64,000 nucleotides of DNA, from positions 1 to 64,000 of IMG/VR virus record IMGVR_UViG_3300031867_000031; one strand, given 5' to 3'. The stretch comes from a virus (taxonomy: Duplodnaviria; Caudoviricetes). The stretch's first letter is position 1. Each line of letters starts with the position of its first letter. Positions 1 through 9,693 of this stretch are shown here, one piece after another. The notes below the pieces were generated by a model. That model worked only from the letters and a program-made list of their open reading frames with translations, searched no databases and was not told the DNA's origin. The translations under genes and the position numbers were made by a program.

Positions 1-230
1 CTCTAAAAATTCCCCGGGGGTAGTATTTAAGGACTTCTTTCCATACTTTTTCGCGGAGCTCTCTTTGTTTTATCCTCTCCGACTTATGTGCCTACTGCAT
101 TTTTCTCGATATTCTGCTCATCGAGGTCTCCTTTCAAGAGTCTTAGCCGATAAAAGTCTCTTAAAACTTAGAGAGTTCCACGAAGAAGTATGGGAAAACT
201 TACAAAAAGTATATTTAAATTGGAGAAAAC

Positions 231-560
231 ATGGCGACAAAACGAGAAAAGCCAATTGGAACTTCTAAAAGAACTTCTCCACCAGCTCGATCACTTGAAA
301 ATCGAGAGAATCAGCTTATAGAAAAAGCTTATGCACTTGTCGAAGAGCGTATAGACAATGGTACAGCCTCTGCTCAAGAGATTGTACATTTTTTAAAGAT
401 GGGCGCAGCCAAATCTCAGCTTGAAAAAGAGAAGCTTGAAGCAGAAGTGCAGCTTCTTGCTTCTAAGAAAGAGATTATTGATGCCAATAAGCAAAGTAGC
501 GAAGCATATGCTGAAGCACTTGCGGCATTCAGATCATATAACGGAAGTTCTGATGAATAA
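231..560 (+). CDS. Putative terminase small subunit
   Basis: Helical 109-aa ORF (ENRENQLIEKAY...GTASAQEIVHFLKMG) heading the packaging module before HNH and terL; family resemblance from memory. Confidence 0.55.
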   Translation: MATKREKPIGTSKRTSPPARSLENRENQLIEKAYALVEERIDNGTASAQEIVHFLKMGAAKSQLEKEKLEAEVQLLASKKEIIDANKQSSEAYAEALAAFRSYNGSSDE

Positions 561-966
561 AATTAAGTCGTATCATGAGATGTTACAATTTCCAACATTA
601 GAAGAACGATTTCATTATCTTAGACTATTTGGGCATGTTGGCGAAGATACGTTTGGTTTTAACAGATACGTTAATCAAGCTTTTTACACAAGTAGACGTT
701 GGCGATCCATACGTTCGGAAGTCATAATCCGAGATGGTGCATGTAATCTTGCGCATTCAGATTATCCACTGTTCGGACGAGTTCACATTCATCATATCAA
801 CCCAGTTTCATTAGAGATGTTCGAGGACGAAGATCCATTATTGTTCGATTTGGATAATCTTGTATGTACAGATGAGCAAACTCATAGAGCTATTCATTAT
901 GGCGATGAGTCTTTACTTCTACAAGATTACAAACCAAGAACACCGGGCGATACAAAATTGTGGTAA
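553..966 (+). CDS. HNH endonuclease (packaging-associated)
   Basis: HIHHINP...NLVC...THRAIHYG HNH motif; ATG 553 overlaps upstream stop. Confidence 0.85.
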   Translation: MNKIKSYHEMLQFPTLEERFHYLRLFGHVGEDTFGFNRYVNQAFYTSRRWRSIRSEVIIRDGACNLAHSDYPLFGRVHIHHINPVSLEMFEDEDPLLFDLDNLVCTDEQTHRAIHYGDESLLLQDYKPRTPGDTKLW

Positions 967-1032
967 GGCAAAAAAAATAATAGATAGTAAATACAGCAAA
1001 AGAACGTAGACGAATTTTTAAGATTCCGATTC

Positions 1033-1149
1033 TTACAAGAACAAAACACCTAACTTAAACATTTTGTATACTACTCCACCGCATAATCCTACAGATAGAA
1101 TTACTCCAGTAGCCAATACTGAGTATAGTATTACGTCGGTTTTATCCAT
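1033..1149 (-). CDS. 38-aa hydrophobic membrane peptide (not in ORF track)
   Basis: MDKTDVILYSVLATGVILSVGLCGGVVYKMFKLGVLFL; GGAAAGG RBS; own TCGT-type promoter upstream on minus strand. Confidence 0.7.
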   Translation of the reverse strand: MDKTDVILYSVLATGVILSVGLCGGVVYKMFKLGVLFL

Positions 1150-1180
1150 TATAATTTCCTTTCCTAAATCGTCTACGTTC

Positions 1181-1207
1181 TCATATAATCAATAGTATTT
1201 TTAACGA
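1181..1207 (-). promoter_or_regulatory. Minus-strand copy of TCGY-N7-AC-N6-TATA promoter motif
   Basis: Reverse complement reads TCGTTAAAAATACTATTGATTATATGAG, same phasing as the + strand copies. Confidence 0.7.
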
Positions 1208-1224
1208 AGTAAGAAAGGATAACC

Positions 1225-1491
1225 GTGTCTTGGGTTCGAGTTCGAATCGCGAATTGTAAAAAAGCATCTATCAGACGAACCCCATGGATTCCTTTGCATG
1301 ATGAAGAAATTGTTGGAATTCGTGATGGTCCCGATCAAAAGTTAGATGCTGTCAAAACAGGCGATTTTATTGAGATTGATGTTGATCATTTTTGTTATGA
1401 CTGGACAGATCGTAAATTTTATAAAGTTCGAAATCCGGAAGGATGGATTTATGAAGGATGTGTCGACTTAGGAGGTAATAACGATGGTTGA
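1225..1491 (+). CDS. Small SH3-like protein
   Basis: IRDGPD...AVKTGDFIEI...FYKV...EGWIY pattern resembles SH3b; GAAAGG RBS. Confidence 0.45.
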   Translation: MSWVRVRIANCKKASIRRTPWIPLHDEEIVGIRDGPDQKLDAVKTGDFIEIDVDHFCYDWTDRKFYKVRNPEGWIYEGCVDLGGNNDG

Positions 1492-1843
1492 AGATACTGA
1501 TGTAATTCTTGAAGAAGTAAAACGAATGCTAAGTATAGAGCCATCGGTTACTGAGTTCGACATAGATATTGCAACCCATGTCAATTCTGCATTTTTTACA
1601 TTGTTTGAACTTGGGATAGGTCCATCGACTCCTTTTTACATTACTACTGACACAACATGGGAATCATTCGAAACGGCTGTTCCGAAACAAATTATTCTGG
1701 ATTATCTATTTCTAAAAACTAAACTTATTTTTGATCCTCCAGCATCGTCACCATTAATTGAAGCTATAAAAGATCGTATTTCTGAACTAGAGTTTCGAAT
1801 GAACATTTACACCGACAACGGTGGAGGCATTGTAAGTGGATAG
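1484..1843 (+). CDS. Head-tail adaptor-like protein
   Basis: ILEEVKRMLSI...HVNSAFFTLFELGIGP...LIFDPP...ELEFRM conserved pattern. Confidence 0.6.
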   Translation: MVEDTDVILEEVKRMLSIEPSVTEFDIDIATHVNSAFFTLFELGIGPSTPFYITTDTTWESFETAVPKQIILDYLFLKTKLIFDPPASSPLIEAIKDRISELEFRMNIYTDNGGGIVSG

Positions 1844-1865
1844 TAATTAAGATTGGAGTAATGCA

Positions 1866-3461
1866 ATGGGTTATGAAGATAATTATCTCATGCATCACGG
1901 AATTAAAGGCATGAAGTGGGGTGTTCGGCGTTTTCGCAATTACGATGGTACTCTAACTAGTGCAGGCAAAGCTCAGCGTAGAGCGCAGAGTTCTGGCGGC
2001 GGCATGTCTTCTAAGACTAAGAAGCGTCTTGCAACCGCTGCAAAAGTTGCTGGTGCTGCTGCAGCTGTTGGCGGCGCGGCATATCTTGCGAATCGCGCTA
2101 GTGGTGGACAGCTTGCTAATAATGTTAAATTTAATGCTCGATATGCTCGCGAGGTTGGTAGAGATGCCATCGACCGTGTGGCTGATACAAAAGCTGGATT
2201 AGCTGTTAGAAAAACTGCATCTACCTTACGAGATAAAGCATCCAATAGTAAAGTCGCTAACCTAGGTAGAACAGCTAAAGCACGTGCTCAGTATGCTATA
2301 GATAGTAATACTAAAATTACAGGCGCTAAACGACGTGCTGGAGAAGCACTTTCGAATGCTAGAACTCGTGTTTCTTCTGCTGCATCCAATGCTAGAGACC
2401 GAGTTTCTTCTGCTGCGTCTAATGCTAGAGACAGAGCTTCTTCTGCTGCATCTACCTTACGAGATAAAGCATCCAATAGTAAAGTCGCTAACCTAGGTAG
2501 AACAGCTAAAGCACGTGCTCAGTATGCTATAGATAGTAATACTAAAATTACAGGTGCTAAACGACGTGCTGGAGAAGCACTTTCGAATGCTAGAGATCGG
2601 CTAGCCAATGCTAGAGATCGTGTTTCTTCTGCTCCATCTAATCTGCGAAATAAACTGTCTAATCGAGCTAGCGTAGCTAAAGCACGTGCTCAGTATGCTA
2701 TAGATAGTAATACTAAAATTACAGGCGCTAAACGACGTGCTGGAGAAGCGCTTTCGAATGTTCGATCTAAAGCGTCAAAAACTTTTAACACTCTTGTTGA
2801 TAGAGGTCAGCAAGAGGTGGATAACAGAGCTGCTGCTAGAAATAGACGAAATGGGACAACTAGCTCCTTATCCAGAGCTGCTCGAGATTTGAATTCTACA
2901 GCAGATGCTCGTATTTCTAGAGCTCGTACGAATGTTAGAAATGCTGTTCGAAATGCTCCCGCTAATGCTAGAAGTGCCGCATCTAATGCTCGAGCAGCAG
3001 CAACTAACGCTATTCGAAATGCTCCAGCCAATGCTAGAAATGCTGCATCTAATGCCAGAGATCGTGTTTCTTCTGCTGCATCTGCTACTAGAAGTAGAGC
3101 TGTCAGTGGTGCCAGTTATTTACGAGACAGAGTTTCTTCTGTTGCGTCTAATGCGCGAACTCGCGCAGCCAATAGCAAACTCGTTACTAAAGCATCCAAT
3201 AGTAAACTTGCTAATCGAGCTAGAGTAGCTAAAGCACATGCTCAGTATGCTATAGATAGTAATACTAGAATTACAGGCGCTAAACGACGTGCTGGAGAAG
3301 CCGCCTCTTCTGCTAGGTCCAAGTTGAGTAATGCCGGCAGAATGGCAAGAAGTACTGCTAAGGCTGGCTATTATAGTACCGCTGGTAAGAGCAAGATACA
3401 AGAGCAGACAAGAACCGCCAAGCGTCGCGCCAATAATCGTCGTATGTATGGTAACGGTTAA
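1866..3461 (+). CDS. HHG-motif cargo protein 1, basic Ala/Arg/Ser/Asn repeat protein
   Basis: YLMHHGIKGMKWGVRRFRNYDGTLT N-terminus; internal repeats. Confidence 0.85.
   Translation: MGYEDNYLMHHGIKGMKWGVRRFRNYDGTLTSAGKAQRRAQSSGGGMSSKTKKRLATAAKVAGAAAAVGGAAYLANRASGGQLANNVKFNARYAREVGRDAIDRVADTKAGLAVRKTASTLRDKASNSKVANLGRTAKARAQYAIDSNTKITGAKRRAGEALSNARTRVSSAASNARDRVSSAASNARDRASSAASTLRDKASNSKVANLGRTAKARAQYAIDSNTKITGAKRRAGEALSNARDRLANARDRVSSAPSNLRNKLSNRASVAKARAQYAIDSNTKITGAKRRAGEALSNVRSKASKTFNTLVDRGQQEVDNRAAARNRRNGTTSSLSRAARDLNSTADARISRARTNVRNAVRNAPANARSAASNARAAATNAIRNAPANARNAASNARDRVSSAASATRSRAVSGASYLRDRVSSVASNARTRAANSKLVTKASNSKLANRARVAKAHAQYAIDSNTRITGAKRRAGEAASSARSKLSNAGRMARSTAKAGYYSTAGKSKIQEQTRTAKRRANNRRMYGNG
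2215..2594 (+). repeat. 149-bp near-perfect direct repeat (2215-2363, 2446-2594) with shorter copies near 2675-2760 and 3225-3300
   Basis: Encodes ...AKARAQYAIDSNTKITGAKRRAGEALSNAR; 231-bp offset. Confidence 0.9.
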
Positions 3462-3482
3462 TTCAAAATGGAAGTGATGCCG

Positions 3483-3947
3483 ATGAATGAACTATACCAT
3501 CATGGTATTAAAGGAATGCATTGGGGAGTTCGTCGGTTTCAGAATCCCGATGGAACATTAACCGATGCTGGAAAGCGACGTCAACAAATTTCGGATAGAC
3601 AAGTTCGTCGAGACATTAAACGACAGCGTAAGTGGAATGCCAAGAATGCTTCTCAGCTTAGTGATAAAGAATTAACAGATCAAATTCTTCGCCTTCAACG
3701 AGAGAAGCAACTTAAAGATCTTACTGCACAGACCATTAGACCTGCTAAGAAAAAAGTTCTTGACTATGTGGATCGATATGCCGGTCAAGCTATAAGTGCT
3801 GTAGTTACTGCTGCTACGGCTGCTTATGTTACCAATGCTATGACTGCTAGGTCGAATAAACGTCTTGCTGAAAAGGGATATCCTGTTAACATTAAGGGTT
3901 GGCATGTTGAAGACGGAACACTTGTTCCGAATACAAATAATAACTAA
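3483..3947 (+). CDS. HHG-motif cargo protein 2
   Basis: MNELYHHGIKGMHWGVRRFQNPDGTLTDAGKRR. Confidence 0.85.
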   Translation: MNELYHHGIKGMHWGVRRFQNPDGTLTDAGKRRQQISDRQVRRDIKRQRKWNAKNASQLSDKELTDQILRLQREKQLKDLTAQTIRPAKKKVLDYVDRYAGQAISAVVTAATAAYVTNAMTARSNKRLAEKGYPVNIKGWHVEDGTLVPNTNNN

Positions 3948-3973
3948 AGTTTGAGAAAGAGGTGCGGCTGTAT

Positions 3974-5719
3974 ATGAGCCTATCTAATACGGCCGTGCCG
4001 AAGTATTACGGCCTATTTCGAGATGCTGTTATTCGAGGAGAGATTCCTGTAAACGAAGAGATTTCTATGGAGATGAATCGTATAGATGATCTTATAGCAA
4101 ATCCCGGAGTTTTTTATGATGATCAAGCTGTTGAAGGTTGGGTTCGTTTTTGTAATAACGAATTAACTTTAACGGATGGCGCTGATTTAAATCTTCTTGA
4201 TACTTTTAAGCTATGGGGCGAACAGGTATTCGGATGGTATTATTTTGTCGAAGGATCTGTTTGGGAGCCGTATGCTGATGGACACGGTGGTCATTATGTG
4301 CGTAAATCTATTAAGAAACGGCTTACCAATAAGCAATTTTTAATAGTAGCTAGAGGTGCTGCCAAGTCGATGTATGCGGCATCTATTCAAGCATATTTTG
4401 CAGCAGTTGATTCAACTACTACGGATCAAATAGTTACAGCTCCTACTATTCGACAAGCAGAAGAAACGCTATCGCCCATTAGAACTGCATTAGCTAGAGC
4501 TAGAGGTCCTCTTTTTAAGTTTCTTACAGAAGGATCTATTAACAATACAACAGGATCTCGAATTAATAGACCAAAACTTGCTTCTACAAAAAAGGGTATA
4601 GAAAATTTCTTAACAAATTCTATCATAGAATCACGACCTATGTCTATTGATAAACTTCAGGGTTCTCGTTGCCGAGTTGCAACAATTGATGAGTGGCTTT
4701 CTGGAGACATCCGAGAAGATGTCATTGGTGCAATTGAACAAGGTGCATCGAAGAATGACGACTATCTTATAATCGCAACTTCTTCAGAAGGTACTGTTCG
4801 AAATAGCGCCGGTGATACAATCAAAATGGAATTGATGTCCATTCTTAAGGGCGAGTATATTAATCCACATGTATCAATCTGGTATTACAAATTAGATGAT
4901 GTTAAAGAAGTTGCCGATCCGGCAATGTGGATGAAAGCTCAGCCCAATATTGGAAAGACTGTAAGCTATGAAGTTTATCAGCTGGATGTAGAACGTGCAG
5001 AAAAGAATCCGTCGACGCGTAACGATATTCTTGCTAAGCGTTTTGGTATTCCAATGGAAGGCTATACGTACTTCTTTACGTATGAAGAAACGCTTCCCCA
5101 TAGACAACACGACTTTTGGTCTATGCCATGTGCGCTTGGTGCAGACCTGTCGCAAGGTGACGATTTTTGTGCTTTTACATTCTTGTTTCCTTTGCGAGAT
5201 GGTGCATTTGGCGTAAAAACTAGATGCTATGTTACCGAAGTTGCTGTTAAGAAATTACCTTTGGCAATGCGGCAAAAGTATGAAGAATTCATAAAAGAAT
5301 GCAGCTTAGTAGTATTAGGCGGAGCAGTTCTTGATATGATGGAAGTGTATCAAGATCTTGATGAATACATAATAAATTCTGATTATGATGTCGTGTGTTT
5401 TGGGTTTGATCCGTATAATGCTAAAGATTTTGTTGCTCGATGGGAAACTGAAAACGGTCCTTATGGAATCGAAAAAGTAATTCAAGGAGCTAGAACTGAA
5501 TCGGTTCCTCTTGGTGATCTAAAACATTTAGCCGAAGAGCGATTGCTATTATTCGATCAAGAATTAATGTCGTTCTGCATGGGAAACTGTATTACATTAG
5601 AAGATACTAATGGTAATAGAAAACTTCTTAAAAAGCGTAATGACAAAAAGATCGATAGCGTTGCGGCTATGATGGATGCTTATGTGGCCTATAAGATACA
5701 TCGTGACATGTTCGAATAG
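3974..5719 (+). CDS. terL: Terminase large subunit
   Basis: Walker A VARGAAKS, Walker B IDEW, nuclease GADLSQGDDF and KIDSVAA motifs. Confidence 0.92.
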   Translation: MSLSNTAVPKYYGLFRDAVIRGEIPVNEEISMEMNRIDDLIANPGVFYDDQAVEGWVRFCNNELTLTDGADLNLLDTFKLWGEQVFGWYYFVEGSVWEPYADGHGGHYVRKSIKKRLTNKQFLIVARGAAKSMYAASIQAYFAAVDSTTTDQIVTAPTIRQAEETLSPIRTALARARGPLFKFLTEGSINNTTGSRINRPKLASTKKGIENFLTNSIIESRPMSIDKLQGSRCRVATIDEWLSGDIREDVIGAIEQGASKNDDYLIIATSSEGTVRNSAGDTIKMELMSILKGEYINPHVSIWYYKLDDVKEVADPAMWMKAQPNIGKTVSYEVYQLDVERAEKNPSTRNDILAKRFGIPMEGYTYFFTYEETLPHRQHDFWSMPCALGADLSQGDDFCAFTFLFPLRDGAFGVKTRCYVTEVAVKKLPLAMRQKYEEFIKECSLVVLGGAVLDMMEVYQDLDEYIINSDYDVVCFGFDPYNAKDFVARWETENGPYGIEKVIQGARTESVPLGDLKHLAEERLLLFDQELMSFCMGNCITLEDTNGNRKLLKKRNDKKIDSVAAMMDAYVAYKIHRDMFE

Positions 5720-5754
5720 ATTTTAGATCCGAGTAAATAGTTGGGAGGTGACTA

Positions 5755-7176
5755 ATGTCATTAAAAGATCGTTTTGCTAGTGCTTGGAATGCATTTCAAT
5801 CTGAGCCAAAAAGACAAGAAGAGACTACTGAGCATTATACTAATATTAGTTATGGGAATTTTGGCTCATCTAGTTTCTATAGAAATGATCGTCATAGACT
5901 TCGGTTCAATAACGATCGGTCTATTCTTAATACTATTTTTAATAGAATCGCTAATGACGTTGCGTCTGTTCAGATCCAACATATTAGAACGGATAGTAAT
6001 GGACGTTACCTCGAAACTATTAAATCCGGACTAAACGAATGCATGACGTTATCAGCTAATCTCGACCAGACATCTAGAGATTTCTGGTTAGATTTAGTTT
6101 TATCGATGCTTGATGAAGGCGCTGTTGCGGCAGTACCAGTTGACACCGATAGAAATTTAGATCGAAATAATTCATTCGACGTACTTTCCATTAGAACCGG
6201 CCGCATTATTAATTGGGAGCCAAGTTCCGTCAAAATGGAAGTATACAACGAACGTAGCGGGTCTCAAGAGCAGATAACTCTACCAAAAGAAAAAGTTGCT
6301 ATTCTTGAGAACCCATTCTATTCGATAATGAATGAGCCGAATTCTACGCTAAAAAGGCTTGTTTATAAGATGAATTTGCTCGATCAGATCGATGGTCAAA
6401 AAGCTTCTACAAAACTTAACATGTTTATTAAATTGCCATATTCTTTGAAGTCTCCAACTCGTGTAGCACAAGCTGAAGAACGTAGAAAAACTATTGAAGA
6501 TCAATTAGTTAATTCTAAATACGGTATCGCGTATATTGATCAAGCTGAGCAAATTACACCCTTGGGCCGATCTCTTGAGAATGATTTGCCAGCACAGATT
6601 CAAACACTAACTGATCAATTGTATAATCAGATAGGTATTAGCGCAGATGTTTTTAAGGGTACTGCTAATCAAGAGCAGCAGTTAATTTATAATAAAAAAG
6701 TTTTAAAGCCAATATTAGATTTGATAGAGTTGGAGTTTACAAGAAAATTTCTTACTCCAACCGCTAGGACTCAAGGTCAAAAAATAGGTTATTTCATTGA
6801 CGCTTTCGATATGGTTACCCCGACGGAAGTTGGCGAAATGGCTAATTCTTTGAGTCGTAACGAAATTCTATCTGCTAATGAGTTTAGATCTATTCTTGGC
6901 TATAGACCTAACGATTCTGAAAGATCGGACCAGCTTATTAATAAGAATCTGCCGATTAATCAAGTTGATCCAAATGCTAATGCTGAAACTACTCAGCCGA
7001 AATTAGATACCGAATCAATGGCATTACCCGAAGAAGCTGAGGAATATTTATCTCAATCCGACGAAATGGAAAAAGAATCACTAAAACATGCCGAGTATGA
7101 TCCGACAGCTAGGCACAAACGTTATTTAAAGAAACGTGCAAAACTTGGAATAGGTAAAAGTAACAAAAGAAGATAG
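5755..7176 (+). CDS. Portal protein with C-terminal extension
   Basis: Follows terL; 473 aa; HK97-like portal features (LSANEFRSILG...DQL). Confidence 0.88.
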   Translation: MSLKDRFASAWNAFQSEPKRQEETTEHYTNISYGNFGSSSFYRNDRHRLRFNNDRSILNTIFNRIANDVASVQIQHIRTDSNGRYLETIKSGLNECMTLSANLDQTSRDFWLDLVLSMLDEGAVAAVPVDTDRNLDRNNSFDVLSIRTGRIINWEPSSVKMEVYNERSGSQEQITLPKEKVAILENPFYSIMNEPNSTLKRLVYKMNLLDQIDGQKASTKLNMFIKLPYSLKSPTRVAQAEERRKTIEDQLVNSKYGIAYIDQAEQITPLGRSLENDLPAQIQTLTDQLYNQIGISADVFKGTANQEQQLIYNKKVLKPILDLIELEFTRKFLTPTARTQGQKIGYFIDAFDMVTPTEVGEMANSLSRNEILSANEFRSILGYRPNDSERSDQLINKNLPINQVDPNANAETTQPKLDTESMALPEEAEEYLSQSDEMEKESLKHAEYDPTARHKRYLKKRAKLGIGKSNKRR

Positions 7177-7216
7177 GGAAACTTTATAAAAAGTAAATAT
7201 TTTTGGAGGATCTTAT

Positions 7217-9286
7217 ATGGATTACGATTTTTGTGGCTATGCCACTAAGAACGATCTGCTTTGTGCAGACGGTCGCGTAATCCGTCACGATGCCTTCAAG
7301 GAGAGTGATGGACAAATTGTGCCTCTTGTTTGGCAACATGTTCATTCTGATCCTAAAAATGTTTTGGGTCATGCGCTTCTTGAGAATCGTGATGATGGCG
7401 TGTATGCTTATGCGACGTTTAATAATACGCCGTCTGGTCAGCATGCAAAAGAGATGGTTAAACATGGTGATATTTCTGCCATGTCCATCTACGCGAATCG
7501 TCTTAAGCAATACGGTACGGATGTCGTTCATGGAATCATTCGTGAGGTAAGCCTCGTTCTTGCTGGCGCAAACCCTGGCGCATATATTGAAAACATTAGT
7601 TTTGCGCATGCTGATGGTACATACACAGATGTTGACGATGAAGCAGTCATTTATTCTGGACCAGATACTATCGACTATATTAGCCATGCAGATGAGGAGG
7701 ACGAAGTGGGAGACGATATTCTAGATCAGCTTTCTGATGAGCAGATCGATGCGATCAATCGAATTATTGATGCAGCAATTGATGGTGCAGTAGACGATCT
7801 CGATGATGAAGATGTTCTGGACGATCTTACGCCAGAGCAGCTTGAGACAATCGGCGACCTTATTGAGGATGCAGTAAGCGAAGCTCTTGAGCATGCCGAT
7901 GACGACGATGACGAGTATTACGACGATGACGACCTTGACGAAGACGACTACGATGAGGATGACTTCGACGAGGATGAAGACGAGGGCGATGACGTCCAGC
8001 ATTCGTATTATGATTACGATGAGTATTATGATTATGATATTCAGCATGCTGATGACGATCCTACTGTCGAGGATGTCTGGAATACTCTCAACGAAGAGCA
8101 AAAGAATTTAGTATATTTTCTGATTGGCCAGGCTAACGAGGATAATGTGGCCGAGCATAGCGCAATCTATGATGGAGGTTTTGACATGAAGCACAACGTT
8201 TTCGACGATGCGTACTATGACGACGAGGATGTTCTTACTCACGATGAGTTCGATGCTATTATGGCGGATGCCTATAATGCGAACTCTCTTCGCGATGTCT
8301 TCCTCGCACATGGTATCACCAATCTTGATGTTCTGTTCCCGGAGGCCAAGCTTGTTACCCCGACTCCTGAGATGATTTCTCGTGATATGGGCTGGGTTGA
8401 TCAGCTTTGGAATGCTATTAAACGCACTCCTTTCGCGCGTATTAAGTCTACTGCTGCTAACATTACCGCTCCTGAGGCTCGTGCAAGGGGTTATGTTAAG
8501 GGTAATCTGAAGGCCGAGGAGGTCATTGTTCTTCTTTCCCGTGAGACTTCCCCGCAGACGGTGTATAAGAAGCAAAAGCTTGATCGCGATGACGTTATCG
8601 ATATTACTGATATTGATGTCATTGCGTGGATGAAGCAGGAAATGCGCGTCATGCTTAATGAGGAGATTTGCCGCGCTATTCTTGTTAGTGATGGCCGTGG
8701 TAGCACGCATGCTGATAAGATTAAGGAAGATAAGATTCGTCCTATTTATCAGGATACTGATGTCTACACTATCCATTACGAGATCACGTATGGCGCCAAT
8801 GATACTGAGGATCAGAAGGCTAGTAAGATTGCTGATGCCGCAGTCCGCGCTCGTAAGGATTACAAGGGTTCCGGTACTCCGTGGCTCTTTGCTTCTAACG
8901 AGGTTATCTCTGATATGATGCTTGCGAAGGACACCATTGGCCGTCGTCTCTATAAGGACGAGGACGAGCTTAAGGCTGCTCTTCGCGTTTCCAAGATTGT
9001 CGAGTGCCCGATTCTCGAGAATGTTACTCGTAATCGTGCCGCTGATGCTACTGCTGGTATTACTGCTGCTACGATGGATCTTAAGGCTCTTATCTTCAAC
9101 CCGATTGATTATACGGTTGGTGCCGATAAGGGTGGCGCGGTTTCGCTCTTTGACGACTTCGATATCGACTACAACCAGATGAAGTATCTGATTGAGACTC
9201 GTATCTCGGGCGCGCTCACTAAGCCGTATAGTGCTATTGCTCTCGAGGTTGAGCATCCTGCTACGACTGGTGGTAATGAGGGTTAA
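7217..9286 (+). CDS. Prohead protease-acidic scaffold-major capsid fusion protein
   Basis: N-terminal HK97-type protease (PLVWQH, MSIYA, EVSLVLAGANP), Asp-rich linker, capsid domain from about GITNLDVLFPEAK. Confidence 0.88.
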   Translation: MDYDFCGYATKNDLLCADGRVIRHDAFKESDGQIVPLVWQHVHSDPKNVLGHALLENRDDGVYAYATFNNTPSGQHAKEMVKHGDISAMSIYANRLKQYGTDVVHGIIREVSLVLAGANPGAYIENISFAHADGTYTDVDDEAVIYSGPDTIDYISHADEEDEVGDDILDQLSDEQIDAINRIIDAAIDGAVDDLDDEDVLDDLTPEQLETIGDLIEDAVSEALEHADDDDDEYYDDDDLDEDDYDEDDFDEDEDEGDDVQHSYYDYDEYYDYDIQHADDDPTVEDVWNTLNEEQKNLVYFLIGQANEDNVAEHSAIYDGGFDMKHNVFDDAYYDDEDVLTHDEFDAIMADAYNANSLRDVFLAHGITNLDVLFPEAKLVTPTPEMISRDMGWVDQLWNAIKRTPFARIKSTAANITAPEARARGYVKGNLKAEEVIVLLSRETSPQTVYKKQKLDRDDVIDITDIDVIAWMKQEMRVMLNEEICRAILVSDGRGSTHADKIKEDKIRPIYQDTDVYTIHYEITYGANDTEDQKASKIADAAVRARKDYKGSGTPWLFASNEVISDMMLAKDTIGRRLYKDEDELKAALRVSKIVECPILENVTRNRAADATAGITAATMDLKALIFNPIDYTVGADKGGAVSLFDDFDIDYNQMKYLIETRISGALTKPYSAIALEVEHPATTGGNEG

Positions 9287-9324
9287 GTCTTAGATAAATC
9301 AAAATGGAAGGAGGGGTCGGCTAC

Positions 9325-9693
9325 ATGGGAGTATTTTATGGTCCGATAGGATTCGTTGAAACTGTCGAGGATCCGGAAGGATCTGGTATTTGGGTTGAAG
9401 TTCCAATCGAACGTAATTATCGAGGAGAGATCCAACGCAATACTAAGCGTTGGGATAGTGGGAATAATGTAAATCCCAATCTCAATATTTCAAATACTAT
9501 TTCTATAGTAGCCGATCCCTACTTTAACGATCATTTGAACAGTATTCGATATTTAAAGTGGCTTGGTGGATACTGGGAGATAACAAACGTTGATGTCGAA
9601 TTACCTCGATTAATATTGAGTATTGGAGGTGTGTATAATGGACCGACGGTTGGAACTTCAGACAATACTGGAGAACATCCTAGGATCCCGTAA
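9325..9693 (+). CDS. Head closure / head-to-tail stopper
   Basis: Position after capsid; ISIVADPY...IRYLKW.G..W.I..V.V..PRLIL pattern. Confidence 0.65.
   Translation: MGVFYGPIGFVETVEDPEGSGIWVEVPIERNYRGEIQRNTKRWDSGNNVNPNLNISNTISIVADPYFNDHLNSIRYLKWLGGYWEITNVDVELPRLILSIGGVYNGPTVGTSDNTGEHPRIP

Noticed and set aside
65-268. Track ORF 65-268
   Set aside because: TTG start without RBS, overlaps the terS-like gene, no motif.
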